Source of the DNA: Spirochaetia bacterium
Lineage (GTDB): Bacteria; Spirochaetota; Spirochaetia; SZUA-6; Bin103
Reading direction: 5' to 3'
Assembly (NCBI GenBank): GCA_965203905.1
Contig: CBDBDQ010000005.1
Coordinates: 6,464,001 to 6,528,000, forward strand
DNA length: 64,000 nucleotides
The position numbers and the translations under genes were made by a program. Under the pieces are notes generated by a model that searched no databases, was not told the origin of the DNA, and saw only the letters and a program-made list of their open reading frames with translations. Positions 39,685 to 49,478 of the stretch are shown in pieces. Positions within the stretch are counted from its first letter, which is position 1. Every line of letters starts with the position of its first letter.

Positions 39685-39924
39685 ATGGCTGAGATCTCGG
39701 ACATCATCCTCAGTGAGATCGAGGGGAGCGGCATCGACGCCTCCGATCTGGGGGTGGAGATCAAGCGTGGCAAAGGGCTGTTCAACCGCCGCAAGGTACT
39801 CAACGTGTTCGGCGCGGTGCACTCCGAGCCGGACCACCAGGCGGTGCTGCGCGTCGTGCGGCGCCACGCCGGCGACAACTTCGACGTGACCGACTCGGTG
39901 GCGGTGCATCCGCGGCAGCACTGA
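39685..39924 (+). CDS. Small hypothetical protein (BON-like)
   Basis: GAGGAGG RBS; helix-beta-beta-helix-beta pattern (VFGAVHSE...VTDSVAV). Confidence 0.65.
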   Translation: MAEISDIILSEIEGSGIDASDLGVEIKRGKGLFNRRKVLNVFGAVHSEPDHQAVLRVVRRHAGDNFDVTDSVAVHPRQH

Positions 39925-39975
39925 GCGGTTGCCGCGCCGCGCCGTCCGCCCCACTGCACGGCGCCGGCGCGCGCT

Positions 39976-40818
39976 TCAGGCGGCTTCCGACCAGGACCGG
40001 AACCAGGCCGCGTACTGGGCCAGAACCGCGTCCGCGTCGTGCGGCTGCGTGCGGTTGTGGATTACTTCGACGGAGAAGCAGCCGTCGAATCCGGTGCCAT
40101 GGAGCAGTGCCAGCGGCGTCGCGTGATCGATCTGTCCGGAACCGATCGGTACGGTGTCGATCCGCTGCCGGTCGTCGGCGCGGTAGGCGCCGTCGTGAGC
40201 ATGGACATGAGCCGTCAGCATGCCGATTGCGGCGAACGTGTCGGCCGGTCGTTCCAGCATCCGCTGGGTGTGCATGAAGTCCCAGAGCACGCGCAGGTTG
40301 GGGTGGCCGGCGCGCTCCACCGCCGTTCGCACCGGCGCTGAAGCAGACCAGTCGTCGTGCGTCTCCAGCAATAACGTCACCCCGGCGGCCGCGGCCTCGG
40401 GCAGCACCTCGCGGTAGCCCTCGACCAGGTGCTCCACGTGGTGGTGAAGCTGCCACGGCTCGGTCCGCGGGCCGCCGAAGGTGCGTACCAGCGGGCACCC
40501 CAGGTCGGCGGCCAGCTCGATGCAGCGGCGCGTCTCCTCCAGGCAGGCGCGGCGCTCAGCGAGCGCGGTGGCCGCGAACCGCGCCCCCGAGGCCACGCAG
40601 CACACCGCCAGCCCGGCATCCTCCAGCCGCCGGCGGGCCTCCGCCCGTGCCGCCGCCGGCAGGTCGGTCTCCAGGCCGGCGCGGTGGCCCCAGCCCACGC
40701 GCGGCTCCAGCCCGGCATAGCCGTGCCGCAGCATGCCCTCGACGATGGTCGGGAGATCCCAGTCGGGGCACACGCTGGTCATCGTGGCAAGCTTCACCGA
40801 CTGCTCGCGCGGTGCCAT
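39976..40818 (-). CDS. Sugar phosphate isomerase/epimerase (TIM barrel)
   Basis: LETHD, WDFMH, HVHAHD, SVE metal ligands. Confidence 0.88.
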   Translation of the reverse strand: MAPREQSVKLATMTSVCPDWDLPTIVEGMLRHGYAGLEPRVGWGHRAGLETDLPAAARAEARRRLEDAGLAVCCVASGARFAATALAERRACLEETRRCIELAADLGCPLVRTFGGPRTEPWQLHHHVEHLVEGYREVLPEAAAAGVTLLLETHDDWSASAPVRTAVERAGHPNLRVLWDFMHTQRMLERPADTFAAIGMLTAHVHAHDGAYRADDRQRIDTVPIGSGQIDHATPLALLHGTGFDGCFSVEVIHNRTQPHDADAVLAQYAAWFRSWSEAA

Positions 40819-41885
40819 CAGCCGGCCGCCGCCGCGCTGCCGTAGCGCACACCCGTGGGGACCACGTCGGTCTCGCGGCCGGCGCGGATGGCGAGGGCCG
40901 CGTCCAGCGTGCTCCAGAAGTCGTGATCCGGTGCATAGCCGAGCAGCTCGCGCACCTTGGTGCGGTCGAACTCGAAGTAATTCGGGGACGGCATGCGGAC
41001 GTCGGCGTAGCCGACCCCGAGCCGCTCGGCCAGGGCCGGCACCAGCTCCTCCCACACGGTGAGCAGCCCGCCCACGGTGAACGCCTCGCCCACGGCGGCG
41101 TCGGCGTCAAGGGCCAGCGCCAGCCCCTTGGCGATGTCGCGCACGTCGCACCACTCCTGCTTGAAGGTGCGCCCGTCGGGGCAGCGGCAGACCAGCAGAC
41201 GCCTGCCCTCCTTCCAGGCGGCGTCGAGTTGCGCCCGCGCTTCCCGCTCCGCCGGCGACGGATCGGACAGCCCCCGCAGCCGCTCGCGATAGTGGGCCAC
41301 GCTCCAGTAGCGCGGAATGCCCTCCGCGTCGAGCAGCTCGCTCGGCTCCAGCACCGTGGTGAAGCGGCACACGACGGTGGGCACCCCGTACTGGTAGTGA
41401 TAGTTCATGCACAGCTCTTCGCCGATCCACTTGGTCAGGAAGTAGGGCATCGCCATGCTGTGGCTCACCTCGTGCTCGCGGATCGGCCGCTCGAACAGGC
41501 GGCCGTCATCCTCCGTGCGCCAGTACACCGCCTCGGTGCAGGCGTACACGAGGCGCTGCAGCTCCGGTGCATGGGCGCGGATCGCCTCCAGCAGGTGCAG
41601 CGTCCCCAGCCCGTTGATCTGCAGATACTCGATGTTGTCGTGCGGCGAGGCGAAGGCGGCGGCGATGTGGTACACGGCGTCGACGCCCCGCACCGCCCGC
41701 TGCACGGCGGCGTAGTCGCGCAGGTCGCCCTCCACCAGCTCGACGTTGGCGATGCCGTCCAGCTTGTGCACCCGGCTGGCGTCGCCGGGAAACACGAAGC
41801 CGCGGATCTCGTGCCCCTGCCGCAACAACCGGCGCACCAGGTTGGCGCCGATGCGTCCGTTGGAACCGGTGACCAGAATCCTCAC
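40818..41885 (-). CDS. NAD-dependent epimerase/dehydratase
   Basis: ILVTGSNGRIG, YFLTK (YxxxK), DVRDIA. Confidence 0.9.
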   Translation of the reverse strand: MRILVTGSNGRIGANLVRRLLRQGHEIRGFVFPGDASRVHKLDGIANVELVEGDLRDYAAVQRAVRGVDAVYHIAAAFASPHDNIEYLQINGLGTLHLLEAIRAHAPELQRLVYACTEAVYWRTEDDGRLFERPIREHEVSHSMAMPYFLTKWIGEELCMNYHYQYGVPTVVCRFTTVLEPSELLDAEGIPRYWSVAHYRERLRGLSDPSPAEREARAQLDAAWKEGRRLLVCRCPDGRTFKQEWCDVRDIAKGLALALDADAAVGEAFTVGGLLTVWEELVPALAERLGVGYADVRMPSPNYFEFDRTKVRELLGYAPDHDFWSTLDAALAIRAGRETDVVPTGVRYGSAAAAG

Positions 41886-41886
41886 T

Positions 41887-43020
41887 TCACACCTCCACGC
41901 GGTAGCCGTCGCCGGCGCGCACGCCGCGTTCGACCAGCTCCGGCTCCAGGTCGAAGCCGGTACCGGGGGTGTCCGGCACCAGCAGCTTGCCGTCACGCAG
42001 CTCCCAGCCGTCCAGCAGCACCCCCTCGGTGTCGGCGGGTGCCGCCTCCTGCAGGCAGAAGTTGGGCACCGACGCCGCGAAGTGGGCGTGCGCGTAGCGC
42101 TCGATGATCGAACCCCAGCAGTGCGGTGCGCAACGCGCGCCCCATGGCTCGATGCGCGACGCTGCAGCTTTCCACCAGGACAGCCCCTGCATGCGGAAGT
42201 CGTGCTGCACCACGTCGATGTCGCCGGCCTCCACCATGGCGAAGAAGGTGGGCGGCGGCGGGCCCGACTCTCCGTCGGCTACCAGCGTCGCGTAGCCGCG
42301 CTCGCGGATGAACCGCTTCAGATCGGCGTTGAGCGCCGGATCCTCCCCGAACGGTTCCTCGAACCAGTAGATGCCGGCATCGGCGCACGCGCGCAGGGTG
42401 TCCTTGGTGCTGTTGAGGGTGCCGCCGTTGTTGGCGTCCACCAGGATCTTGGCATCGGGGCCGGCGGCCTCGCGCACGGTGTGGATCACCAGCACGTCGC
42501 GCTCCAGGCCGGCGGCGGTGGGCATCCAGCGCGCGCCGCGGCCGATCTTGATCTTGAAGTTGCGGTACCCGTAGCGGTGGCCGGTGCGCACCTCTTCCTG
42601 AAAAATCTCCCGGGCCTGCACGTCGTCGGCGTCCAGGTCATCGATGTAGATGGAGCCGTCGTAGAGCTCGACGGCGCGGCTGCCGCGCGCCCCGAGCAGC
42701 CGGTACAGCGGCACTCCCTGCAGCCTGGCGGCGAGGTCCCACAGCGGCAGGTCGATCGCCGTGCCGTCCGCCAGCGCTCCGTCGGGCAGCCGGAACAGCT
42801 CCCCCAGGGAGCGGCCGACCAGCGACTCGGCCGCGTCCCGTGCCAGGCGCGACCAGCCCACGCCGACCGCGCCGCTCGCGGTGTGCACCCGCACCACGGA
42901 GTCGTGCACCACCGTGCCGTGGGCGCCGCCGCGGGCGTTGCAGCCGATATCGCGCGGGCGCGGGCTGTGCACCTCGATCTTCTCGATCCGGGTAATTCGT
43001 TCGCGCGCCAAGTCGCTCAT
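41887..43020 (-). CDS. Mandelate racemase/enolase superfamily enzyme
   Basis: LWDLAAR..GVPLYRLLG, KIKIG, DAN, EEP, DGE. Confidence 0.9.
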   Translation of the reverse strand: MSDLARERITRIEKIEVHSPRPRDIGCNARGGAHGTVVHDSVVRVHTASGAVGVGWSRLARDAAESLVGRSLGELFRLPDGALADGTAIDLPLWDLAARLQGVPLYRLLGARGSRAVELYDGSIYIDDLDADDVQAREIFQEEVRTGHRYGYRNFKIKIGRGARWMPTAAGLERDVLVIHTVREAAGPDAKILVDANNGGTLNSTKDTLRACADAGIYWFEEPFGEDPALNADLKRFIRERGYATLVADGESGPPPPTFFAMVEAGDIDVVQHDFRMQGLSWWKAAASRIEPWGARCAPHCWGSIIERYAHAHFAASVPNFCLQEAAPADTEGVLLDGWELRDGKLLVPDTPGTGFDLEPELVERGVRAGDGYRVEV

Positions 43021-43053
43021 CCGAAATGCTCCTTTGGTTGCCCCAGCGTAGCC

Positions 43054-44085
43054 TCAAGCGCCGTCGAAGCGCACCCCTACCTTGAGGGCGCCGTCGGCGC
43101 GCGAGCGGGCCAGCTCGTAGGCGCGCGCCACCTCCTGCAGCGGGAACACGTGGCTGACCAGCCCCGCCACCTCGATCGCGCCGCGCACGATCAGGTCCAG
43201 CGCCAGGCGGAACGAACGCTTGCCCGGCTCGGCCGCGGCGCCGCTGACGCTGGTGATGCGGCACTGGGCACGGAACAGGGTGTAGAAGTCGACCGGGAAG
43301 ATGTCCTGCTTGGGCAGACCGAAGAACAGGATGCGGCCACCGGGGCGGGCCAGCCGCGGTGCCAGGTTGACGGCGTCCGGAGACCCGGCAGCCTCCACCA
43401 CCAGGTCGGCCCTGGCGCCGCCGGTGAACGCGGCCACCCGTGCCACCGGGTCGTCGCGTGCGGGCTGATATGCCTCGTCGGCCCCCATGCGCAGCCCGGC
43501 GGCGATACGCGCATCGCTCAGGTCCAGCACCAGGATCCGGTCCGCGCCGAGACGCCGCAGCATCGCCACGAACAGCAGCCCGGCGCTGCCCTGCCCGATC
43601 ACCACGGCGCTCCGGGCAACCACGTTGCCCACCTGCTGGCAGCCGTACACCACGGTGCCGAGCTGCTGCGCCAGCACCAGGTGCTCGGCCGGCAGGTCGC
43701 CCGGCAGCCGGATCAGGTCCGAGCAGGGGGCGACGAAACGCTCGGCCATGCCTTGCTGTTGCGTCACCAGGGCGAGCACGCGGGTGTCCGGTGTCAGACC
43801 GTCGGGTGCGGCGGCCGCGGGATCCGGAGCCGTCACCCGTGCCACGATCTCGTGACCGGAAACGCCGGGCGGCAGCGGGTAGGCGTCCGCGCCGCCGCTG
43901 TACACGGTGCGCAGGTCGCTGCCGCAGAGGGTGACCAGCTCGGGTCGCAGCTGGGCCTGTCCCGCCGCCGGCTCCGGAGCCGGCGTGGCGATCACCTCCA
44001 CCTGCCCGGGAGCGGTGACGCGGGCCGCGCGCACGGTGGCGAGCGGCGCAGCAAGGCATTCATCGCGCCGCCTGACGGTGTTCAT
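43054..44085 (-). CDS. Zinc-binding dehydrogenase (MDR)
   Basis: LCGSD, GHE, GQGSAG. Confidence 0.9.
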   Translation of the reverse strand: MNTVRRRDECLAAPLATVRAARVTAPGQVEVIATPAPEPAAGQAQLRPELVTLCGSDLRTVYSGGADAYPLPPGVSGHEIVARVTAPDPAAAAPDGLTPDTRVLALVTQQQGMAERFVAPCSDLIRLPGDLPAEHLVLAQQLGTVVYGCQQVGNVVARSAVVIGQGSAGLLFVAMLRRLGADRILVLDLSDARIAAGLRMGADEAYQPARDDPVARVAAFTGGARADLVVEAAGSPDAVNLAPRLARPGGRILFFGLPKQDIFPVDFYTLFRAQCRITSVSGAAAEPGKRSFRLALDLIVRGAIEVAGLVSHVFPLQEVARAYELARSRADGALKVGVRFDGA

Positions 44086-44188
44086 GCAAAGCTCCTCGTG
44101 GCTGAGAGTTGGCCTACGGTACCGCGCTCGGCGCGCACGTGTCACACGGTGCCGAAGCAGAGCCCAGATAGCCCGGCCCGCTGCGGCA

Positions 44189-44197
44189 TGCTACAGT
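44189..44197 (+). promoter_or_regulatory. Extended -10 promoter (TGnTACAGT) of NTase pair
   Basis: TG-C-TACAGT 30 bp upstream of ATG 44228; similar TGCTA motifs occur at 30743 and 47350. Confidence 0.5.
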
Positions 44198-44227
44198 GAT
44201 CGTGTTGACAGCGGAGTACGGGATCGG

Positions 44228-44737
44228 ATGAGGCTGGACAGCGTCGAGCGTATTGCGCGCGGGTTGAACGACAGCGAGGTGCGTTTCATCGTGGTGGGCG
44301 GACTGGCAGTCGTTGCCCATGGCTACGGCCGTCAGACGCATGACCTCGATCTTGTCATTCAGCTTGAGCCTGGCTCCATCCACCGCGCGTTCAAGGCACT
44401 GGCCAAGCTGGGGTATCGGCCGCGCGTCCCGGTCACGGCGGATGCGTTTGCCGACCCGCGGCGCCGCGCGCAACTGATTGCGGACAAGGGAATGATGGTC
44501 CTGGGCTTCCACAGCGACCGGCACCGCGAGACGCCGGTCGACCTGTTCGCCGCGGAACCGTTCGACTTCGCTGCCGAGTACGCGACGGCGCTGGTCGAGG
44601 AGGTGGCGCCCGGAGTGCCGGTACGGATCGTGCGGCTGGAAGTCCTGCTCCGGCTGAAGCGCGGGGCGGGCAGGCCCCAAGACCTGGCGGATATCGCGGA
44701 ACTGACTCAGCTTGATCGGGGGGAAGGAAATGGCTGA
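44228..44737 (+). CDS. Nucleotidyltransferase-fold protein (TA-like)
   Basis: VVGGLAVVAHG, THDLDL, VDLF, K..AGRPQDLADI. Confidence 0.85.
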   Translation: MRLDSVERIARGLNDSEVRFIVVGGLAVVAHGYGRQTHDLDLVIQLEPGSIHRAFKALAKLGYRPRVPVTADAFADPRRRAQLIADKGMMVLGFHSDRHRETPVDLFAAEPFDFAAEYATALVEEVAPGVPVRIVRLEVLLRLKRGAGRPQDLADIAELTQLDRGEGNG

Positions 44738-44924
44738 CGAGATCGATTGGCGGCTGGTCACGTTCGCCGGCAACCGCCGCCGCCAACGGGAGGAATTCCG
44801 TGCTCTCCCGTTGCGCGACAAGCTGATCGCGATCGAGCAGCTCTCGATGGTTACCGAGTACTTCCGAGCCCGCCGCCGCGCAGCGAGGACAGCGCAGTCG
44901 ACGGACGATGCTCGCAATACGTAG
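44730..44924 (+). CDS. Small basic helical partner of NTase (putative antitoxin)
   Basis: Overlaps the NTase end; RBS GGAAGG; conserved intact in the second copy. Confidence 0.75.
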   Translation: MADEIDWRLVTFAGNRRRQREEFRALPLRDKLIAIEQLSMVTEYFRARRRAARTAQSTDDARNT

Positions 44925-45089
44925 TCACGAGCCCTCTTTGCACTCTCCTCCGCCCGTACCGTAGTATTGGATTCTGGACCGTAGTTGAGTGTGAATATGG
45001 ATATTGCATACCGCCTCGATCCGATCAACGAGGCTTATGCCGACATGCTGCAGGGCGGCCGCAAGCGCGCGGCTCTGACCACCGGCTGA

Positions 45090-45575
45090 GTGCGCAGCTT
45101 CTTTGCGCGGGTCGTCCGCGTCGAGCCGAACTTCCTGCACCTGACGCTGCGTCCGGTCGCGGCCACCTGCGCGGTTGGCGGTGCTGCCGTGATCGGTCTC
45201 GCGCTCGTGGTGACGGGGCTGGGTGGCTTCGTCGGCGTGGCCGCGTTGCTGGGCACGTTGATGGCCGGGGCGTACCTGCCGAGCAGATCCTTGGTGATGA
45301 ACCGCGAGACCGGCGAGCTATTGGTGCTCCGGCGCACGCGAATGAGTGGCGGCTCGACGCCGGCCGAGGTCAGTTGCGCTCTCACCGACATCGTCGGCGT
45401 CGAGATCGCCGAGCGTCCCGGTGGCGCCGCCGGCGCGCGCTGCGAACTGCTTATGCAGGACGGCTCGCGGGTTCCGATTGAGCGTGCCTACAGTCGCGCC
45501 GCGCGAAAGCACCAGTTGCTCCGCGACCAGATTCTGAGCTTCCTCCGCCAGGACACCAGGAGTGACGATCGCTGA
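45090..45575 (+). CDS. Hypothetical membrane protein
   Basis: Two TM helices followed by a beta-rich domain. Confidence 0.6.
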   Translation: MRSFFARVVRVEPNFLHLTLRPVAATCAVGGAAVIGLALVVTGLGGFVGVAALLGTLMAGAYLPSRSLVMNRETGELLVLRRTRMSGGSTPAEVSCALTDIVGVEIAERPGGAAGARCELLMQDGSRVPIERAYSRAARKHQLLRDQILSFLRQDTRSDDR

Positions 45576-45597
45576 GGTCTGCAGCACGGGTTGCTAT

Positions 45598-47169
45598 TCA
45601 ACCCGGCGCCACCGCGAACGCGGTCACGTTGCGCGTGGCGCGGCTGAACTCCACCCCCACCAGGTGGATGGGCTCGCCCAGGTGGCGATACTTGGCCGCG
45701 TAGTCCCGGCTCTGAAGCTGCGCCAGCGCACTCCCCTCCGGCTCCATCTCCACCACCTTGAATTCGAACAGGTACACGTGCCCGCCGGCCCGCACCGCCA
45801 TGTCCAGCCGCCCGTGGCTGCTGGAGTCTTCCACGGCGATCTCATATCCCAGGGCCGCGAAGTACGAGAAAAAAACGCTCGCGTAGTAGCCCTCGTACTC
45901 GGCGATGTCATTGTTCGTGTACCACTGGTACGGGATGCTGGCGAAGAATGCCTGGAACAGCGCCTGCATGCCGTCGAAATCATTCGCCTCCAGCAGGTCG
46001 TAGAGGCGGATGCTGTTGGCGGTCTGGCGGCTGGTGTCCTGCACCAGGTGACGCAGCAGGTGGTCGTTCAGGCTCTGGCGCACCTCCCGGTTGGGGTAGC
46101 CGAGGCGATACAGCATCCTGCCGGCCCGCCGCTCCTCGGTATCGATGGTCAGGTAGCCGGTCTGGAACAGCAGCGCCTCGGTGCCGATGTGCTCAGCGGC
46201 GGTGCGGCCGCCGACGTCGAACGCCGACAGCAGCTCGGCGGTGCTCACCGTGTCCCCCAGTGACACCGAGGTGACGCGGCGTTCGAACAGCATCTTCACC
46301 AGGAACGCCGGCGAACCGGTCTCGAACCAGTGGGCATCGAACTCGCGGCTGTGGAACAGCCGCAGCAGGTCGTAGGGGTTGTATACTCGCTCGCTGCCGC
46401 GCCAGTTGTAGCCGTTGTACCAATCGCGGATCTGCTCGCGGTCCAACCCGGGGAGTTCTGCGGCGAACACCCTATCCAGATCCTCGTCGGTGTAGCCGCA
46501 GATCGCCGCGTAGCGCGGATCGAGGGTGAGGTCGGTGACGTTGTTCAGCCCTGAGAAAAGGTTGACCTTCGAGAACTTGCTCACCCCGGTCAGGAAGGTG
46601 AAGCACACGTGGGCGTCGGCGTCCTTGATCACCCCATACAGGCCGCTCAGCTCGTCGCGGTTGGCGAGCGCCAACTCCGGTTTCTCCAGCGCGTCCAGGA
46701 TCGGCTTGTCGTACTCATCCACCAGCACCGCCACTCGCTGTCCGGTCTCCCGGTGCAGTGTCTCCAGCAGATCTCGAAAGCGGTCCGCAGCGGTGTCGTA
46801 GCGCCCGCTGATCGACCGCTGGCGCTCGATGCCGCCCAGTTGGGCGATCACGTTCTTGGGCAGGTAACCCGGCTTCGCGAAGTTGCCGCCGGCGAAGCTC
46901 AACCGCACCACCGGGTGGCGCTGCGTGCAGTTCCGGCGCCCGTGGATGTGCAGCCCCCGAAACAACTCCTCGTTGCCCTCGAAGTACTCCTTCAGGGTGT
47001 CCACGAACAGACTCTTGCCGAACCGCCGCGGCCGCGACAGGAACCAGTGCTTGCCCTCGTCGAGCAGCCGGTCGAGGTAGCCGGTCTTGTCCACGTAGTA
47101 GCAGTTCCGCTCGCGAATCTCGCGAAGGGTCTGGATGCCAAGCGGCAGTCTGCGCTTCACCACCGCCAT
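45598..47169 (-). CDS. AAA-ATPase-like + PD-(D/E)XK (PDDEXK_9-like) protein
   Basis: LPLGIQ, YVDKT, SRPRRFGKSL, VDEYDKP, GRLDMAV, FEFK. Confidence 0.92.
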   Translation of the reverse strand: MAVVKRRLPLGIQTLREIRERNCYYVDKTGYLDRLLDEGKHWFLSRPRRFGKSLFVDTLKEYFEGNEELFRGLHIHGRRNCTQRHPVVRLSFAGGNFAKPGYLPKNVIAQLGGIERQRSISGRYDTAADRFRDLLETLHRETGQRVAVLVDEYDKPILDALEKPELALANRDELSGLYGVIKDADAHVCFTFLTGVSKFSKVNLFSGLNNVTDLTLDPRYAAICGYTDEDLDRVFAAELPGLDREQIRDWYNGYNWRGSERVYNPYDLLRLFHSREFDAHWFETGSPAFLVKMLFERRVTSVSLGDTVSTAELLSAFDVGGRTAAEHIGTEALLFQTGYLTIDTEERRAGRMLYRLGYPNREVRQSLNDHLLRHLVQDTSRQTANSIRLYDLLEANDFDGMQALFQAFFASIPYQWYTNNDIAEYEGYYASVFFSYFAALGYEIAVEDSSSHGRLDMAVRAGGHVYLFEFKVVEMEPEGSALAQLQSRDYAAKYRHLGEPIHLVGVEFSRATRNVTAFAVAPG

Positions 47170-47568
47170 CCTACCCGGGCCGGGTGGTGGTTGCCACCCG
47201 AGCCGCGGGCCGCGCTCGCCTGGAACCGGTGCGATGAGGTTCGTGAGGCTGACAGCGTTCACGGCGAAGCGGGCGCTGCTGCGGTGGCGGGTGGTGAGGC
47301 GGGGCCGTCGCGGCTGCTTGGCGCCGTGAGCCCGATGAGCACGCCAGCGTGCTAGACTGCCTGCACACCATCGCGGGCGAGTTTGGGGGAACGATCCTCC
47401 GTTGATATTCCTCCGGGTGGTTCATCCAGGTCCGCGCATCGGCGTTGACCTAGCGCCAGGCGCAGCGCGGTCTCCGCCGTGATGCCGCGCCCGGCAGGTG
47501 CCGATCCTGATCGGCTTCAGCCTGCCGGGGCTCGCTCGCCGCGGACGGGAGCCTGCTGCCCGTGTCCG

Positions 47569-48687
47569 CTATTGCCTGGCCAGCTCGATGGCGCCACACT
47601 CCACCAGCGAGTCACCCGTGGCCCGGAGCGTGTCCAACACAGGATGAGTCTTCAGCCCCAACTCACGAATGGCCCTGGTGCACTTGGCGTGCCAGAAGTC
47701 CGGCGTGTCCGGCGTCTGCCAGTCGCCGCCCACCGCGACATCGGGATACAGCCCGCTGAGCGCATCGCGCATCTGCCGCGCGGTGAGCTCCCCGGACTCG
47801 TCGGTGGCGCCCAGGATGTATCTGGATCCATTCGTGGCGACGCTGCTGGTTGCCATCAGGCGCTGCGCCTGGCCGATGTCGCGCACGTCGATCACGTTCC
47901 ACAGGAAGCCGGGCGCCGCGCCCTCCAGAGTCGCGATGGCCGGCCCGAAGCCCAGGCCGATCCAGCTCCCCGCGGCGTCTTGCCCGCTTTGCCCGGACAG
48001 CGCCTGGCCGATCTTCTTCTGCCACACGTTGTTCTGCGTCCTGTTGAGAACAGGACCCAGCACATGGCTGGGCATGTTGGAGACCACATCGATGCCGGTC
48101 TCCTCGCCCCAGGCATAGCCATACTTCTCGGCATCCACCTTGCCCTTGGCGTAGGAGGCCTTCTCGACGTTCCACAGGTGCTCGTCGGTGCCGTGGCCAC
48201 CCCAGTCCTGCTCGGTAAACTCGTAGCCGCTGGGGTCGGCTCCACCCCGCCACCCGCCCCACACCGCCGCGCACGATGAGGTGTACATCACCCGCTTGAC
48301 GCTGCCGGCCTTGCGACACGACTTCAGCACGCCCTTGGTGCCGTCCATGATGGCGTCGTAGGTGCGTTGCGCGCTGCCTTCTCCGTACGCGGCATCGGTG
48401 CGCAGGTCGGCGGCGACATGAAACACGGCCGAGCAGCCGGCACACACCTCGTCGTAGGCGCCGCTGGTGGCCTGCAGCAGGTCCGCCTCGAAGATCTCGA
48501 CGCTGCCCGCGCCAAGGCCGTTCATGGCCAGCAGGAACTCGGTCTTGTCCCGACGGCTGGCGTCGCGCACGCTGGCGCGCACCGCGTAGCCCGCCTCGAA
48601 CAGGTTCTTGACGACGTGCGATCCGATGTAGCCCGAGGCGCCGGTAACGGCGACCGCCCCGTCGGTGGGTCCCGTGATAGGTGGCAT
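47569..48687 (-). CDS. NAD(P)-dependent epimerase / dihydroflavonol-reductase-like SDR
   Basis: VTGASGYIGS, VFHVAA, YTSS, YAKGK, IDVRD. Confidence 0.9.
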   Translation of the reverse strand: MPPITGPTDGAVAVTGASGYIGSHVVKNLFEAGYAVRASVRDASRRDKTEFLLAMNGLGAGSVEIFEADLLQATSGAYDEVCAGCSAVFHVAADLRTDAAYGEGSAQRTYDAIMDGTKGVLKSCRKAGSVKRVMYTSSCAAVWGGWRGGADPSGYEFTEQDWGGHGTDEHLWNVEKASYAKGKVDAEKYGYAWGEETGIDVVSNMPSHVLGPVLNRTQNNVWQKKIGQALSGQSGQDAAGSWIGLGFGPAIATLEGAAPGFLWNVIDVRDIGQAQRLMATSSVATNGSRYILGATDESGELTARQMRDALSGLYPDVAVGGDWQTPDTPDFWHAKCTRAIRELGLKTHPVLDTLRATGDSLVECGAIELARQ

Positions 48688-48739
48688 GGGTGGACGGTGT
48701 GCCTTGGGTCAGCCCGAAGTCAAGCCGCGTCTCTGGCGT

Positions 48740-48874
48740 GGGCGGCACATGGAGATGGCGCCGCGGCGGGCGATCTGGCCGGGCCTGTGCCTGACCATCG
48801 TTGTGTACGGCATCAACATATTCGGCGACGCGCTACGCGACCTGCTCGATCCCCGCCTGCGCGGCAGCGTCTGA
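48740..48874 (+). pseudogene. C-terminal fragment of DppC-type ABC permease
   Basis: MEMAP..IWPGLCLTIVVYGINIFGDALRDLLDPRLRG closely matches the C-termini of the permeases at 55748 and 57306. Confidence 0.85.
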
Positions 48875-48959
48875 CCGCCGCTGCCGGAGCCATGCCTATT
48901 CGTCCACTCGCCGCAGAGCTTCAACCATCAGCGTGCCGCCCCAGCTCGGCATGGTCGCC

Positions 48960-49222
48960 GCGCCCACAACGCGGCCGCGACGCTGGCCGTCTGACTCGAG
49001 GCGGACCTGCTGCTCGCCGACGACCGGACCGTTCGCCGCTTGGCTGTCGTCGAAGGCATTCGACCGCTCGGCACGCCCGGCGTGTTGCCGCTGGCGCTGC
49101 GGCGGCGACTGGTCGACCGGGCCGAGGTGCGCCGGCTGGTGGACGACCTCGTGTGCTCCCATGGCTTCCGCATCGGGGTGGAGCTGTATGCAGCGGTGAT
49201 TCGCGAAGTCGACCGGCCGTAG
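48960..49222 (+). pseudogene. DUF3368-like (PIN-associated) C-terminal fragment
   Basis: LAV*LEADLLLADDRTVRRLA..EGIRPLGTPGVL...GFRIG; internal stop and no N-terminus. Confidence 0.65.
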
Positions 49223-49394
49223 CTGCAGCGTGCTACAGTGGGTGCACTCTTTCTCTGTGGCACCCGCGGCATCTGTGGTACGGGAAATAGAGATCCCTCG
49301 CGGAGATTCGATGATGTGGTAAGCATCTACCCCGGTGATGAGTCGTCGCTTCTGGGACGACTACGAAAGCCTGCTTCCCTCATCGCCCACCCAG

Positions 49395-49463
49395 AATCCA
49401 CCCAGACCCAGTCAGACCCAGCTCGAGGCGGCCTGACCGCTACCACACTGACGGAATGCACCC
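49395..49463. repeat. Internal copy of element right end (direct repeat of 51663-51721); closes a 224-bp MITE-like unit 49240-49463
   Basis: aatccacccagacccag...tcgaggcggcctgaccgctaccacactgacggaatgcaccc nearly identical to 51663-51721. Confidence 0.88.
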
Positions 49464-49478
49464 CAGCGGCACCTTGCC

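Noticed and set aside
49335-49368. Hammerhead-like GTGATGAG...CGAAA
   Set aside because: Core reads GUGAUGA rather than CUGANGA, extra bases precede GAAA, and stems I/III with a UH site cannot be formed.
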